Shown here piece after piece: positions 62,237 through 64,000 of a stretch of 64,000 nucleotides of DNA. Positions within the stretch are counted from its first letter, which is position 1; every line of letters starts with the position of its first letter. A program made the translations under genes and the position numbers. The stretch is from a virus. The stretch lies in the IMG/VR virus record IMGVR_UViG_3300032116_000013, positions 1 through 64,000 of that record, one strand, 5' to 3'. The notes under the pieces were generated by a model, which was not told the origin of the DNA, searched no databases, and saw nothing but the letters and a program-made list of their open reading frames with translations.

Positions 62237-63271
62237 ATGAAAAAATTATTAGCAGTTATTGCATTGTCAACATTATCTGTTGCATCATATGCGCAAGGCA
62301 GAGATCAAATCGCAGTAGTCGGATCATCAACAGTTTATCCATTTACAACAACAGTCGCTGAGCAGTTCGGTCGTGCTGGAAAGTTCAAGTCACCTAAAGT
62401 TGAATCAACAGGCACAGGTGGTGGCATCAAGTTGTTCTGTAACGGTGTTGGTCCACAGTTTCCAGATGCTGTCAATGCATCACGCCGCATGAAGGCTGGT
62501 GAATTTGTTACATGCTCACAGAATGGTGTGAAAGATATTATTGAGATCAAGATTGGTTTCGATGGTCTTACGATTTCAGAATCAAAGAAAGGCAAACTCA
62601 GTGCGCTTACTCGCAAGGATGTTTACCTTGCTCTCGCAAAGCAGATTCCAAATCCATCAAATCCAACTGAATTGATTGCCAATCCAAACAAAACATGGAA
62701 GGATGTAAATCCTGCACTTCCAGCAATGAAGATTGAAGTTCTTGGACCACCGCCAACTTCTGGCACACGCGATTCATTTGCTGAATTGTTTATGGAAGCA
62801 GGATGCCAGCAATTCTCTTGGATCAAGTCACTCAAAGATATTGATGAAAAAAGATACAAGAGAGTTTGCCACACTATCCGCGAAGATGGTGCTTATATTG
62901 AAGCAGGTGAAAATGATAATTTGATTGCGCAAAAACTTGCAACCAATTCAAACGCTGTTGGTATTTTCGGTTTCTCATTCTTGGAAGAGAACGCAGATAA
63001 ACTAAAGGGTTTGAAGATTGATGGGATTGAGCCTACTTTCGAAACAATCGCCTCCGCTAAATATCCTACATCTCGACCATTGTTCGTTTATGTCAAGAAA
63101 GCACACATCGGTGTGATTCCTGGTTTGAAAGAATTCATGGCTGAGTATGTGAGTGATAAGGCAATCGGTGAGGAAGGTTATCTAACTGACCGTGGTCTTG
63201 TTGCTCTTGAAAAGTCAGCACTTACGAAAGTGCGTGCTGATGTCAATAATATGAAAAACTTTAAGCCATAA
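62237..63271 (+). CDS. pstS: phosphate ABC transporter substrate-binding protein
   Basis: signal peptide; VGSSTVYPF, ESTGTGGG, SGTRDSF, YPTSRPLFVY. Confidence 0.95.
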   Translation: MKKLLAVIALSTLSVASYAQGRDQIAVVGSSTVYPFTTTVAEQFGRAGKFKSPKVESTGTGGGIKLFCNGVGPQFPDAVNASRRMKAGEFVTCSQNGVKDIIEIKIGFDGLTISESKKGKLSALTRKDVYLALAKQIPNPSNPTELIANPNKTWKDVNPALPAMKIEVLGPPPTSGTRDSFAELFMEAGCQQFSWIKSLKDIDEKRYKRVCHTIREDGAYIEAGENDNLIAQKLATNSNAVGIFGFSFLEENADKLKGLKIDGIEPTFETIASAKYPTSRPLFVYVKKAHIGVIPGLKEFMAEYVSDKAIGEEGYLTDRGLVALEKSALTKVRADVNNMKNFKP

Positions 63272-63297
63272 TTTCGTGGCGCAACAAGGAGAAAGAT

Positions 63298-64000
63298 ATG
63301 CGTAAAGCAATTCAATCATTAGTTATTTTGGGATCATTACTCGTCGGAAGCGTGACACATGCTGCAGACTCTGCTGAAATTCAACAAGCAGTAGATGGTT
63401 TGTCAGATGCGTTCGCTAAAGACATTGCACTTCGCTGGAAGTGGAAAGGTGATTTTCGTGTAAGAAACGAGAACATCGATCAAGCACTTGCAGTTGAGCG
63501 CAATCGTAGTCGTGTTCGTGTTCGTCTTGGTTTTGATGCTGAAGTAAATCCAACTGTAAGAGCAGGTTTTCAATTTGCTACAACAGAAAATGGAGATGCT
63601 CGTTCAAGCAATCAAACACTTGGTGATGTCAATTCACGAAAGGCACTTGATCTCGATCTAGCATATGTTGAGTGGGCACCAAACGCAGTATCCAAGGTTA
63701 CACTTGGTAAGATGAAGCAACCTCTTGTTACAACGACATCTTATTTCGTTGACAAGGATATTAATCCAGAGGGTGCTGCTCTTGCGTTTAATCACGCACC
63801 AACAGGCGCATTTGTAAATGCTGCAATGTTTGATCTCGTTGAGCGTGGCTCAGCAGTTGATTCAACAGCAGTTGCAATGCAAGTTGGTCTACGTGGAAAA
63901 CTCAATGACGAAACTGCTTATGTTGTTGCCGTTGGTCAAACAAACCATCGCGCAGTGAAGAATCAAGCAGTTGTGCAGTCAGGTGCTGCAGGTGGTTTCT
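63298..64000 (+). CDS. putative outer-membrane porin (Porin_5-like), truncated by window end
   Basis: signal peptide; KGDFRVRNE...RSRVRVRLG...SSNQTLG...LDLDLAYVEW; absent from ORF track because it has no stop in the window. Confidence 0.75.
   Translation, partial: MRKAIQSLVILGSLLVGSVTHAADSAEIQQAVDGLSDAFAKDIALRWKWKGDFRVRNENIDQALAVERNRSRVRVRLGFDAEVNPTVRAGFQFATTENGDARSSNQTLGDVNSRKALDLDLAYVEWAPNAVSKVTLGKMKQPLVTTTSYFVDKDINPEGAALAFNHAPTGAFVNAAMFDLVERGSAVDSTAVAMQVGLRGKLNDETAYVVAVGQTNHRAVKNQAVVQSGAAGGF

Overview
This window is a 64-kb segment of a T4-like (myovirus-type) bacteriophage genome, most similar in gene content to uncultured aquatic T4-like phages. Essentially all real genes are on the + strand. 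The host is probably Gram-negative, given the spanins, an outer-membrane porin and IHF-consensus sites. It holds the T4 replication core (dNMP kinase, gp45, DsbA, gp44/62, RegA, gp43, UvsX, gp41, gp61) and nucleotide metabolism genes (dUTPase, dCMP deaminase, ThyX, class II RNR). There is a block of tiny early genes behind two repeated IHF-site/leaderless sigma70 promoter cassettes. Three glycan-related clusters are present: one built around a non-carboxylating RuBisCO-like protein, one dTDP-rhamnose pathway, and one GT25/WavE/FkbM cluster. A late block encodes predicted capsid-internal proteins, with T4-type capsid-targeting sequences and a polyprotein of basic modules joined by EEVEQIDE protease-site linkers. 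The window also has lysis genes, a late six-gene operon of exported disulfide-type proteins (one pilin-like), a phosphate-acquisition module (phosphoesterase, PstS, porin; truncated at the window end) and three GC-rich intergenic structured-RNA candidates. No tRNA, rRNA, CRISPR array, intron, intein or integrase was found. All family assignments come from motif recognition by eye; no database search was run.
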